Source: Octopus vulgaris (taxonomy: Eukaryota). From it: 64,000 nt of DNA. The stretch is taken from positions 145,948,001-146,012,000 of the forward strand of contig OX597816.1 in NCBI GenBank assembly GCA_951406725.2. The letters are read 5' to 3'. Below are positions 26,830-38,908 of this stretch, one piece after another; position 1 is the stretch's first letter; the number at the start of each line of letters is the position of its first letter. The notes under the pieces were generated by a model. The model was not told the origin of the DNA, searched no databases, and saw nothing but the letters and a program-made list of their open reading frames with translations. A program made the position numbers and the translations under genes.

Positions 26830-26884
26830 ATCCAGCATGGCCACAACCTCAAGGCTGAAACATATAAAAGAATAACAGAATATA

Positions 26885-27245
26885 AATGTGTGCAAAGTAC
26901 AAGAAATATTAATGCAGTATATGGGGATTGGACAATAAGCGTAAGGCAGTGTCAATGGTGGTTCCAGAAATCCCGAGCCATAAACTACAGCCTAGAAGAC
27001 GAGCCTCATCCTGAAAGATCTGTAGAACTCGACAAGGACATCCTGAAAACCCTGGTGGAACAAAATATCATCGTAACTGTTGAGGAACTAGCAGAGAAGC
27101 TTGGATTTGGTCATTCAACCATTCATTGACACCTGTGTGCTATCGGAAAAGTCAGCAAATTGGGTCAATGGGTTCCTCACGAACTTTCCGAGTCTAATTG
27201 CATGCAGAGAGTGAATGTATGCTTTTCTTTGCTGTCATATCTCAC
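26885..27245 (+). mobile_element. Mariner transposase N-terminal remnant
   Basis: RNINAVYG..CQWWFQK..SLEDEP..TVEELAEKLG..GKVSKLGQWVPHEL. Confidence 0.85.
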
Positions 27246-27264
27246 CACTACTGCGCTATGTATA

Positions 27265-27902
27265 TCTATATATATAAAACTGTAGTTGTGTGAGTGTCTG
27301 TCCCCTTCGATTTAGATTCCTAACTACTCCCACATTTTGCGGTACAGTTTAACCAAATTCGGGTAGCTTATAGTCGTGATTCATATCGAGCCCGTCTGAA
27401 TATTAGCGCGCGTCTACGATGAGTCTACGATTTTAAAAATAATTTAACATCATTTTTTATTCCATTTTAATGCATAATTTTTCGTGTGTCGATGGCGGCG
27501 GAGTTGGCGTCCACGCTCACACCTGCACCTGTGGGGAAGGGAGTGTAAGGAAATCAACGTCGTAATGCGTTGTCAAGGAGACCAGTGTTCGTTTAGAACA
27601 ACGACTTCATGGCTTGAAGACACCAAAACAGAAATGTCTAAGAAAGCGTCTACATGAGTCTACGATTTTAAAAAAAAATTACCATCGTTTTTTTTCCATT
27701 TTAATGCATTTTTTTGCTATTATATAAGGGAAGTAACTCTCTAAAAATGTCTACGATGAGTCAACGATTTAAAAAAAAAAATTACCATCATATTTTTTCC
27801 ATTTTTAATGCATTTTTTGCTATTTTTTGGCTATAACTCTCTAAAAATGCTTATATAGTTATTTCCCTTACAAACTCGAGCAACGCCGGGCGATACTGCT
27901 AG
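27265..27902 (+). mobile_element. Non-autonomous Helitron, family A copy 1
   Basis: 5' TC, 3' GC-rich subterminal hairpin then CTAG, inserted between A and T. Three internal subrepeats. Confidence 0.8.
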
Positions 27903-27915
27903 TTATTATTACTAT

Positions 27916-28262
27916 TGAGTGAGAGAGCAGTGCATGCCATCAAAGTGACACTGGGGTAGAATACACGAAGCCCAATATACCCATCATGACTACCCGTCTG
28001 ATAAGAGTACACCAGGCACATGCATCACACCCATATGTGCGCGACATGGTGATCTCATATCAAGATAAACAGCACATGACCTTGCAGGTGGGGTCCAGTT
28101 AGAATTTTCTTGAGGTTGAGTAGCCCATCCCGCTCAAAAGGTCCCTAAATAAGGGTTGTTTAAGGATGTTGAACGAACCACCCATGTTTCCAGAGGTGAA
28201 TTATTCAAACCCCAAAGAATCCCTCTCAACACATGGCTATGATGCTCCCCCACTACTACTGC
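27916..28262 (-). mobile_element. (AAT)-tailed 550-bp repeat family copy
   Basis: Reverse complement of the 11551-11876 type, with ATT repeats on both sides. Confidence 0.85.
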
Positions 28263-28570
28263 TTATTATTATTATTATTACTGCTGCTCTTGTTCTTAAA
28301 CATTATGACCATGATCATGGTCTTCACTATCATCATCATCATCATCATCATCCACGTTCATGGGAAGTACTGTATCTCGCTCACGTTTACCTGTGACCTC
28401 GGTCGTGTATATCAGATCCTTTCAGTCGTGGTACTCGAGACAGTACTGTCGTTTTGCCTATTTATAACTGCTCAGTATTTTCGCATGTTTGATTTTTATC
28501 CCCCAAATGACATATTGAAATATTCAAAAGTTTTGTACTATTAATTATGATAATAATTATAACATCAAAC

Positions 28571-28945
28571 GCAGGCGTAGCTGCGCAGTAAGAAGCTTGC
28601 TTCCCATCCAAATTGTTCCGGATTCATCCTATAGCTAGGTCAAATCTCTTCAACTAAAGCCTCGGACCTACCAATGTCTTGCGAATATACTTAATAGACG
28701 GAAACTGAAAGACTTATTTCGTATATAGATGTGTGTGTGTGTGTGTCTGCGTCTGTGTATGCGCGCATATATTTCTGCCTATGTTTTTCCCCCACCACCG
28801 CCTGAAATCAGTTTTTGTTTTGATTAAGTTCCCATGACCTGGGAATTCGACATAAGATACCGATAAAATCAGTACCCGTTGAGTACTGGGATCGATGTAA
28901 TCGACTATACCAAACTTCCAGAATTTCAAACCTTTTGCCTATAAC
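28571..28945 (+). mobile_element. Diverged tRNA-derived SINE (type 2)
   Basis: gcaggcgtagctg..gtaagaagcttgcttccc head and gacggaaactgaaaga, homologous to 53130-53527. Confidence 0.65.
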
Positions 28946-29403
28946 TGAAATGATTAATTACATATTCATGTAGTTTTTTCTTCAATTTTCATATTTTTAG
29001 CGACATTCTGCATATTTAGAACTTTAAATGAAATACCAACTACATTTTCGTCAAAAACCTGCGGTTGAGAGCGAAAATTATAGTCATAGTTAATCCTCAC
29101 CAAAATAAACCACGAAAGGAAGAACATTCTGGCACACTTTTGAAGTAGAAGTTTAATTGTAATTATTAAAAATTAGTGGAACAGAACATAAATATTGATT
29201 AACTATATTATTGTATTAAAATATTATATATCAAGCTACTTAATTAAGAGACAAATATTCTGTAAGATAAATGATTACAGGGAATGTGTTAACTCTAAGG
29301 TAATTCAGACGAATAAAATTCTGCATTGTTAATCTGTCTGTCTGTCTATCTACCTCTCTATCTATCTGACTGTCTAACTTTCTCTCTCTCTCTCTCTCTC
29401 ACT

Positions 29404-29454
<51 letters not shown>

Positions 29455-29554
29455 CGTATATACACAAATACATGCACAGATACATTTCCTGATAGATAGA
29501 GAGACAACAGACAGACGGATAGGTAGATAGACTGGTCGCTTAGTAGGCAGGTAG

Positions 29555-30455
29555 ATAAGTTTCTTTATTGGCCACACAGGGCGGCACACAGATGGGACAA
29601 GTTACAAGGTAGAGCTTTTCTTTTGGGGGATGAAGAAAAGGGGGTGGCGTAGGTTTTCGATCAAGAGGGATCGTAAAAGAGAAGAAAAGAACAAAAAAAA
29701 TTTTTTTTAAATTTAAAAAATGAAATAAAAGATAAAAAGAATAAAAGAAAAAAAAAGAAAGGGAAAGGAAAAAAAGAAAAGAGAAATGAAAAAAGAAGAA
29801 AAAGGGGAAAAAAAGGGGAAGAGGAGAAAAAAAAGGAACCATCAATAGGGATCGTGTATCACAGTGTTATGATATATGGTGTAAAGGGGAAAGCAAGTAA
29901 GGTTTATCCGTGGGAAGAAAAGCCTACGAAAAAGACCACGGTAACCTTGATCAATATAGTTATATGTTACCACATTTGTTTGCAAGTGGGTAACCCTCTG
30001 TTTTCAATTTCTGGGTTCATAGGATAATGCTCAAGGTGGCTTCGTCATTCATACGTGCCATCCTTGCTACATTCACACATCTTTTTTTAAAACATTCGCT
30101 AGACAAAACTTGCCTCTCTACTCTCACTTTCCTTTTCAAGTGGTACTTGAAGAAGTTGATGAGAGATTGACCAGAAAGGAAAGTGTTTGTCTCCAATCCT
30201 TTCAGACGCGTCCACCAGATACATTCTTTCGCCATAGCCACAAGGATGATGAAAATAGCTCTTCCTTCCCGTTTGAAGGAAGGAGGCGTGGCAATATTGA
30301 CGATAGACTCAGCTGATAAACCGACTCGTCCCACACGTGACAGCAGTTGTTCGACACAAGCCCACAGGTCGGAAATTGTTGGACACTGCACGAGTGCGTG
30401 CAGAACGGTTTTGTCGCTCTGACCGCATCTCGGGCAGGTCGGCCCCGTGTTTCTC
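29555..30455 (-). mobile_element. Tx1/L1-clade LINE 3' end (zf-RVT CCHC plus 3' UTR)
   Basis: CPRCGQSDKTVLHALVQCP..WWTRLKGL..LSIIL*, then a T-rich 3' UTR ending ccaataaagaaact at (ATCT)-type repeats. Confidence 0.85.
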
Positions 30456-30978
30456 GACTGAAATTTAACGTATTATATGAGGTTAGAATTAAGTTAATAA
30501 TAAAGTTAATTAGGGACTAACAGACTCAATGGAACTAGACCCAATATTTTGTTAACTGAAATGCGACGCGTAATGTAATGAAAAGGCATTGATTCTAATT
30601 ATTAATTTTTCTTAAATCTACGCACATGAGAAACTTTTGACTTCTGATTTAATAAAAAAAATTGAAGTGGAGTGTCAGTTGGAACAAAGTTTTGTTTTCG
30701 GCAAGAAAGAAAGCAGCTCCTCCATTACAATTTCAAATTTATAATTCTCGAAATATTATATTGACAAAGGAAATGAATTTTTATAATTATAATCCAGAAA
30801 CGCGTCCATATTTAATGTAAGACTGTTTGGTTTCATTATTTTTTCGTCTTTTTCCCTATGTGAGTTACAAATATTGTTGTCTGTGGAGTCATATTTGTAG
30901 TGAAAAGAAATAACGGTCCTTTGGCTGCTATTTCTAAATTTTCGGTATGTGGTGAAACAACTTGTTGCTAAAACCCTT

Positions 30979-31035
<57 letters not shown>

Positions 31036-31924
31036 TATTACCAATATTGCCATTACTTCAAGACGTTATATTATGGTAGCGTTTTATTTCTAGGTTTAAC
31101 ACAGTGTAACCTAACCAGGATGTTGTTAGCATAATATCGGTTACGTTATCCGAGACGTTAATGTTTCAACTATCTACAACTCACATTTATATTTAGAAGG
31201 TGTTGAAATTTATAACTGTGAATTTAGCAAGGTTAAGATACACACATATGCAATTAATTCTACAGAAACTAGAAATTATTTACAACACATCTCTTCACGA
31301 ATGGATTACCTCTAATTTGACCTACGCTGCGAATGATTATATGTAATAAAAGTGAATATCCGGTGCTAAATGAAAAATTTATGTTATAAATTAAATGTGA
31401 TTATGCCCATCTAACCTTGCAAAATTATGAAGGTTCCATATTTCGACATCATTTACCGTTTTATGCATTTGAGGCTGTATACAACCTTTGCAGACAACTT
31501 AAAAAGCATATGTAACCTTGATCAATTATCGTTTTCCACTGAAATAGGCAGAGGATACAACCGTTATGTCTTCTACACATTATATATGTTAATCGTTATT
31601 TTCCTTGTATATCGCAATTGTGTCTATTTTATAATATAACAGATTATGCGAAGAATGTTGGCAGTGAGTTGTAGGCCACAAAAATATATTTCATGTTTAT
31701 TTAAAATCCAGTGTTCAATTCCTTACATGTAGTTTGGAGATTCACAGAAATACACACAAACACACACATTCACACTATAACGCGCGTGCACATACTCACA
31801 AATATACATATACAAGTATATGCCTTTCATATATATGTATATATATATATATATAGAAAGAGAGAGAGAGAGAGAGAGAGTACCTAATTCAACCTGAATC
31901 TTTCTCTCTGTTTCTCTCTTTATG

Positions 31925-31976
<52 letters not shown>

Positions 31977-32000
31977 TATATTGAAAACATGTACATACAT

Positions 32001-32056
<56 letters not shown>

Positions 32057-32788
32057 GTATATATACATACATTCATACATACATACTTACACACGTACAT
32101 ACATACGTACATAATTACATACATACATACATACATGCATACATACATACATACATACATACATACATACATACATACATACATACATACATACATACAT
32201 ACGTACATACATACATACGTACATGCATACATATGAATATACGTATGGATATAATGGATTTGAAATTGATTTCTCAGTCCTTTTTCGTTCAAAATTTTAA
32301 CTTACTAGCTTAATTTTTGGGCTTTTCTTTCAGAAAATACAAATCGTGGGAGTGGGGGAACAAGATAAATATCTTTACTACCAGATCAATATCAGTCAGA
32401 GGTAGGATGCAGTTTATACATTGAGTCTTAGTAAATCAATCGGCATCGGATTAGAAACGGAAGATTGCACTTTGTGGTCAGAACTAGTGATTTTAAGGGA
32501 GACACTACATAACATGAGAAAAATATGCAGAAACCAAGATCTTCAGATTTTTGACATCGTCGTTGACTGCTTATGTTTAGTAATCATCTCTGGCTGTCCC
32601 ATGTGGGCTGCATGACCTGCTCCCGGTCTACAGTAGCGCAGACGTCTGCTGGTCTGTTTATGTATTTATTTATCTAGTTATTATTTATTAATCTAGAATT
32701 TTCCTTATATTCCCTTTATGTTTCCTTCATTTTATCATCCTGCGTCAGATTGCCCGGCCTGGTTGAACACTGCCCGATCTAGTGTGCA

Positions 32789-33389
32789 CTCATGAAAAGA
32801 AATTTGGCATCGAATAGACAGTAAATCACCAGAATGACTCCGTCGGGGGATGACTCGTAAATTGACGTCACAATTTACAGTCACTTATGGTTTGGGCGGC
32901 TGTGGCAGCCACTGGAATGTCTGCTTCCGTGGGCGAATGAGCACTTTCAATGCGCACTTTGGAACCTCCAACAGGACTTGACGCCATCCCACAGCTCCGA
33001 ACAGACACAGCTCTGGATTCAGAAAAAAAAAAACTTCCATCGTTCATAGGCAAGTATGTATGGCCTTCAAGTGACTCCTATCTAAACCCGTTGGGTTTTT
33101 CAGTTAGGTCCATTTTGGAGACGAATGTCTCGAGCACTCCTCATGCTTCGGTCGACGCTCTGAAAGCAAAACAGGACTATGAGTAGGCTCCTATTCTGAT
33201 AGAATATCTGCAACAGGCATTTGCACCGAGACTTAAAGCCGTGATTCGAAACAGAGGTGGTTATATCAAATAAATATGTTATAATAATTGAGTTTGCTTT
33301 ACCATTAAATTGCAACGCTCAGACCCGAAATATAATTTTGCTTTAGCAGAATTGAAGAAAGTTTGCCTCCTTAATTTTGTGACGCCCTG
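32789..33389 (+). mobile_element. maT/DD37D-like transposase remnant with 3' TIR
   Basis: THEKKFGIE*TVNHQND, VWAAV, QQDLTPSH, WPSSDSYLNPLGFSV and RLKAVIRNRGGYIK*. Ends gacgccctg followed by TA. Confidence 0.8.
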
Positions 33390-33390
33390 T

Positions 33391-33427
<37 letters not shown>

Positions 33428-33428
<1 letters not shown>

Positions 33429-33790
33429 CAGTCTGCCAGCATCTCCACATTTATATAGACAGGCGAATTCGTATCTCTCTCCAAAATTTCACCACGTGAG
33501 TTACAAAAATTTCATCTAGTAGTTTTTTGGTGTAATTTTGGAGGATACGATGGTTGCTCGTCTGGTATGTTGATTTTTTTCATTCATTATATATCTTGAA
33601 TTCGCTGTACTGATGAGTAAGGGACGCAGTTAATGCGTTGATTACGAAATCACTGGTGATCTGCAGATAATTCTGCTTTTAAATGACTTGCTTCGAGACT
33701 TGCATTCGGTACGATATGTTTATTTTGGTAGTTTTGACTTTAAGAGCCCCTCCTAGCGTGCGGCATTTATGTGTAATAATGCCCTCTATA
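33428..33790 (+). mobile_element. (TA)n-embedded non-coding element (PLE pLTR/retrozyme-like), copy 2
   Basis: Its 3' part (about 250 bp) is homologous to 8441-8720(-). Follows a (TA)n run and ends in TA-rich sequence. Confidence 0.8.
33605..33666 (+). ncRNA. Type I hammerhead ribozyme
   Basis: CTGTA-CTGATGA-GTAA..ACGCAgttaaTGCGT..TTAC-GAAA-TCACtgGTGA-TC-TGCAG. Full core, G10.1-C11.1 pair, AUC triplet, predicted cut after C33661. Confidence 0.82.
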
Positions 33791-33898
33791 TAATATAAAT
33801 AAATATATTCAAGTGAAAAAATTTACAGATTTTTTCTCTTATGATGTTTTTCACGCTAACTACTTGATAATTTCTTATGAAGAGTTTATCCTATTTTT

Positions 33899-33985
<87 letters not shown>

Positions 33986-34494
33986 GAAAGACCAAAATGA
34001 AGAAGACAAAAACGTGACAAGAAGGAGAAGTTTTTAAAAAAGATATAACTAAGTATTGACGGAATTCATTTTGACTATGCATTTTACTATGTAAGCTGAC
34101 ATCTGATCTATAGTAATACCTATCATTTATCATGAATTTAAAATTACACATACCAGAAATATGTGGACTTTTGTTCAATATCTTATAATAGCTTACATGA
34201 GCACTTTATATTTCTATCTGGTAACAAGCAATATTAATATTTATATTGCATATTTAGAAGCACATCCAACGAAATACTGGTTATATAAAATATTTCTGGC
34301 AACTTACTTTACTATATTTGTAGCAGATAGTAACTAGACTTAATCCACGGTAGTCTCGATCGTCAATACTGAAATTAATCACACCTAATTATTTAGAACG
34401 AGGAAAAATATTATACATTACATAGACATTCATAATAGTCGATTATCAGAATCAATGAATCCACACATACAAACGCATATAGATAGATAGATAA

Positions 34495-35145
34495 GTTTCT
34501 TTATTGGCCACACAGGGCTGCACACAGATGGGACAAGTTACAAGTTAGAGCTTTTCTTTTGGGTGATGAAAAAAACAAAAAACAAAAGAAAAAAAGGGGT
34601 GGCGTAGGTTTTCGATCAAGAGGGATCGTAAAAGGGAAGAAAAGAACAAAAAAAAAATAAATAAATAAAATAAAAAATAAAAAGAATAAAAAGAAAAAAA
34701 AGAAAAGGAAAAGGAACAAAAGAAAAGAGAAATGAAAAAAGAAGAAAAAAGGGGAAAAAAGGGGAAGAGGGAAAAAAACGATCAATAGGGATCGTGTATC
34801 ACAGTGTTATGATATATGGTGTAAAGGGGAAAGCAAGTAAGGTTTATCCGTGGGAAGAAAAGCCTACGAAAAAGACCACGGTAACCTCGGTCAATATTGT
34901 TATATGTTACCACATTTGTTTGCAAGTGGGTAACCCTCTGTTTTCAATTTCTGGGTTCATAGGATTATGCTCAAGGTGGCTTCGTCATTCATACGTGCCA
35001 TCCTTGCTACATTCACCCATCTTTTTTTAAAACATTCGCTAGACAAAACTTGCCTCTCTACTCTCACTTTCCTTTTTAAGTGGTACTTGAAGAAGTTGAT
35101 GAGAGATTCTTCAAGTAGCACTTAAAAAGGAAAGTGAGAGTAGAG

Positions 35146-35146
<1 letters not shown>
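34495..35146 (-). mobile_element. Tx1/L1-clade LINE 3' end, copy 2, within (GATA)n
   Basis: Near-identical to 29555-30168, with (GATA)n on both sides and a short 5' fold-back inversion. Confidence 0.88.
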
Positions 35147-35202
<56 letters not shown>

Positions 35203-35469
35203 CATACATACATACATACATACATACATACATACATACATACATACATACATACATACGTACGTACGTACTGACCGGCAAAACGATTTCCAGCATAGTT
35301 ATCTTCTCAGTGATGAGTCTGTAATTCTAGACAGAACATATATCATGGCCATGAAAAAAAAAAATATCTATTCCACTGGAAAAAAATGATATAAATGTCA
35401 GATTGATGTTTCGACTTTATACTCTTCTTCCTATTCAGACGTAACACTTGTTACATAGGAAGCGATATT

Positions 35470-36400
35470 CGTGATGTTGAAACCTCTGTCGCTATAAATT
35501 ATAGCATATAGAAGTATTTATAAACATCACAGTATATTATGCATGTCAGAGTCAGTAAAATACAATCTACATGCAAGCGTAGGTACATGCATAAAAATAC
35601 CTTTATATAAACAGCCATAGAAGTTGCTGCTATATTCAATAGACGTTTAAGTGTAAAGAAAGATTAAAAGTGACTGGTTGAGATTTTCATTGGTATATAT
35701 AATAGCGTAACTATATACATAATTGGATTGCATTATTTCATATATGCGAACACTTTTACTCAACATTATAGGCATAGTTTGACTGTATGATATAAAATAT
35801 GTCTTAATACGTCGAATATTGTTTCGAATGTTATTGGCATTCATAACAATATAAACACCAATACCAACAACTGTATAAACAATAACCTTACAGAAAAATG
35901 TATTAGTAACATAAGCTGTATTTAATTTTGCTTGATCTCATAATGTAAGTCATCTTTTACACTCGTGCTATTCGTACATACTGAAAATGTTTATACGATG
36001 TTACGAAATGACTTTAGAATCATTACGGAATAGGCTCTTTTATGACATTTTGCGGTTATCATTTTCGCAAATGCTTATATTGCTTGAAAATTGGCTCTGG
36101 TAGTTTCGAAATTATTATTCCAAGTCCTGCGTTATTAGTTGAATTGTATAATACACCTTGAAGCTGACAAAAGATATCATTGAAATGCATGATAACAATA
36201 TTAAATGCAAGCAACATCCCCATGTCACATTTGTCTATGGAGGAAACTAATCTCACGGAGATGATTGTAGAATAAATGCAGCTTAAAAAACATTTTAAAA
36301 TCAATGTCTCAGAAGAAGTTCGTTACAGTTTGTCTTTGTTATAATTAGATTATTAATGACTTTATGAAAAATAAAACACGCTCATGATAAAATTTGCTGA
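35470..36400 (-). pseudogene. Possible decayed class A GPCR-like sequence
   Basis: Collinear hydrophobic segments with TM3-like DIFCQLQGVL and TM7-like CL*ILLYA. Several frameshifts are required. Confidence 0.3.
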
Positions 36401-36556
36401 CGCAATCGTCAGAGACAATATGGAAGTGTTCATATATTGATTGGAAAATCTGTTGATCTGTCATTCAAGTTTCTTCTCGGTTCGTAACTTCCGACTCTCT
36501 CTTTCCTTTATTTCTCTGTGTGTATATATACATCCAGATATACCGACATGATGTAG

Positions 36557-36790
36557 AGGCGCGTGATTTAGTGGTTAGGGTGTCAGCATCATGATTGTAA
36601 GATTCTGGTTTCGGTTCCTGGACCTGGCGACGCGTTGTGTTCTTGAGCAAAACACTTCATTTCACTCAGATGGCAAAAATGAGTAACGCTGCGATGGACC
36701 GGCGTCCCGTCCAGCTGGAGAACACATATGCCATTGAAACTGGGAAACCGGGCCCATAAGCCTGGCTAGGCTTTAAAAGGGCGCATTTAT
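36557..36790 (+). mobile_element. tRNA-derived SINE (type 3)
   Basis: ggcgcgtgatttagtggttagggtg (A box)..ggtttcggttcc (B box)..ttgtgttcttgagcaaaacacttc. Confidence 0.7.
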
Positions 36791-36798
36791 AAATTTTA

Positions 36799-37192
36799 CT
36801 AGCAGTATCGCCCGGCGTTGCTCGGGTTTGTAAGGGAAATAATTATATAATCATTTTTAGAGATGTAAAGTATAATAGCCATCTCAATATGGCTAACCAC
36901 AAAGGGGGGAGGGTGTTACTGTAGCTTTTTACGTTCTGAGATTTAATAATAAATTTTAGAGAGTTACTTCCCTTATATATGTCAAAAATGGATTAAAAAT
37001 GGGATAAATTGATGGTAAATTTTTTTAAAATCGTAGACTCATCGTAGACGCGCGCTAATACCCAGACGGTCTCGATATGAATCACGACTATAAGATACCC
37101 GGTTTTGGTTAAACTGCACCGCAAAATGTGGGAGTAGTTAGGAATCTAAATCGTAGGAGACAGACACACAACCTCACTTTTATATATAAAGA
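36799..37192 (-). mobile_element. Non-autonomous Helitron, family A copy 2
   Basis: Minus-strand A|TC...cccgagcaacgccgggcgatactgCTAG|T, homologous to 27265-27902. Confidence 0.8.
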
Positions 37193-37354
37193 TTTCCTCT
37201 ATTTACATAATATTGAGGTCTCTTTCTTTCTTTTGTTATCTTACTGTTTTTACCAATATACATATATATATATATATAAATATATATATAGTTACAGAGA
37301 TGTACTTGCATAGCAAGTGACTTGATCTGAGATCGTGTGCTGGAACGAAAACAG

Positions 37355-37613
37355 TTGCAGCGTTGAAGGTGTTTATAAGCCATTTAAGAAACACACAAAA
37401 ACCGTTAGATTCACTTCAACATTTAAATTTAATTTGTCAAAATATTTTCATCGCTTTGAGACCGCGACCTGTTAGCACGATATTTTTATCAGTGAACAGG
37501 TCGCGGTCTGAAAGCGACGAAAATATTTTGGCAAATTAAATTTAAATGTTGAAGTGAATGTAACGGTTTTTGTGTGTTTCTTAAATGGCTTACAAACACC
37601 TTCCACGCTGCAA
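37355..37613. repeat. Long palindrome (arms about 119 bp, spacer about 21 nt)
   Basis: 37355-37473 is the reverse complement of 37495-37613 with few mismatches. Confidence 0.92.
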
Positions 37614-37689
37614 TATATATATACACACATATATATATATGTATGTATGTATGTATGTGTGTATATGTGTATGCATGTATGTGTGTGTG

Positions 37690-37905
37690 TGTGCGTGTCT
37701 GTGCTTGTGATTGTCCTCCACCACTGTTTGACAACGAATGTTGGTTTGTTTACATCCCTGTCACCTAGTGGTTTGACAAAGGAAACAGATAGAATAAGTA
37801 CAATGCTTACAAAAATAAAACGAGTTGATTCATTAAACTACAATTCTTCAAGGCATTGCCCCAGCATGGCCACAGACCAATGGCTGGAAAAAGCAGAAGA
37901 ATAAA
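37690..37905 (+). mobile_element. SINE type 2 3' half
   Basis: ttgacaacgaatgttggtttgtttacatccc..gatagaataagta..ccccagcatggccacag. Confidence 0.65.
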
Positions 37906-37975
37906 AGAATACATTCTCTGCTTTGGTCTTATGTTCAAGGCATGAGAAAGCTTGAGTTTACATGAGAAGGCCTTA

Positions 37976-38670
37976 CAGACCTGGTAGAAACAGCAGCCAA
38001 ATCTCCCTCAAATCACACCTTACTGTCTTATGTATGTATATATATATGAGCCAATGAGGGGGACCTCTACATGGTAGCTAGACCTGGTAGAAATAGCAGC
38101 CAAATTTCCCCCAAATCACACCTTACTGTCTTATCTATGTATATATGTATGTATGAGCCTATGAGGGAGACCCCTACATGGCAGCTAGACCTGGTAGAAA
38201 TAGCAGCAAAATTTCCCCCAAATCACACCTTACTGTCTCATCTATGTATATATGTATGTATGAGCCTATGAGGGAGACCCCTACATGGCAGCTAGACCTG
38301 GTAGAAATAGCAGCCAAATTTCCCCCAAATCACACCTTACTGTCTTATCTATGTATATATGTATGTATGAGCCTATGAGGGAGACCCCTACATGGCAGCT
38401 AGACCTGGTAGAAATAGCAGCCAAATTTCCCCCAAATCACACCTTACTGTCTTATCTATGTATATATGTATGTATGAGCCTATGAGGGAGACCCCTACAT
38501 GGCAGCTAGACCTGGTAGAAATAGCAGCCAAATTTCCCCCAAATCACACCTTACTGTCTTATCTATGTATATATGTATGTATGAGCCTATGAGGGAGACC
38601 CCTACATGGCAGCTAGACATGTAGAAATAGCAGCCAAATCTCCCTCAAATCACACCTTACTGTCTTATCT
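37976..38670. repeat. 107-bp minisatellite, about 6.5 copies
   Basis: Period 107, confirmed by ORF starts at 38071, 38178, 38285 and 38392. Inner copies are nearly identical. Confidence 0.95.
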
Positions 38671-38908
38671 TTCTGCTACTTGGATATAGGTGTTATATTC
38701 GTCGTAAAAAACTTTCCTGTCACACACTCACGCACACGCACACACACACACACACGCACCCTCACACACACACACGCGCGCACACCCACACACACCCACT
38801 CACACACACGCACGTTAGCTTACAATTTTATTTATATATTTGCGTGTCTATGTGTGGAAATAGGAAGTGGGAGGCAGAGTGAAAGAATCACTCACTACAG
38901 TAAGTCAA

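Noticed and set aside
35308-35345. GTGATGA-gtct..agac-AGAAC hammerhead-like motif
   Set aside because: Both core boxes are altered and there is no convincing stem I.
37976-38670. Regular repeat array as a possible CRISPR or repeated 66-aa gene
   Set aside because: There are no unique spacers and no cas genes, and the context is eukaryotic. It is a plain tandem repeat.
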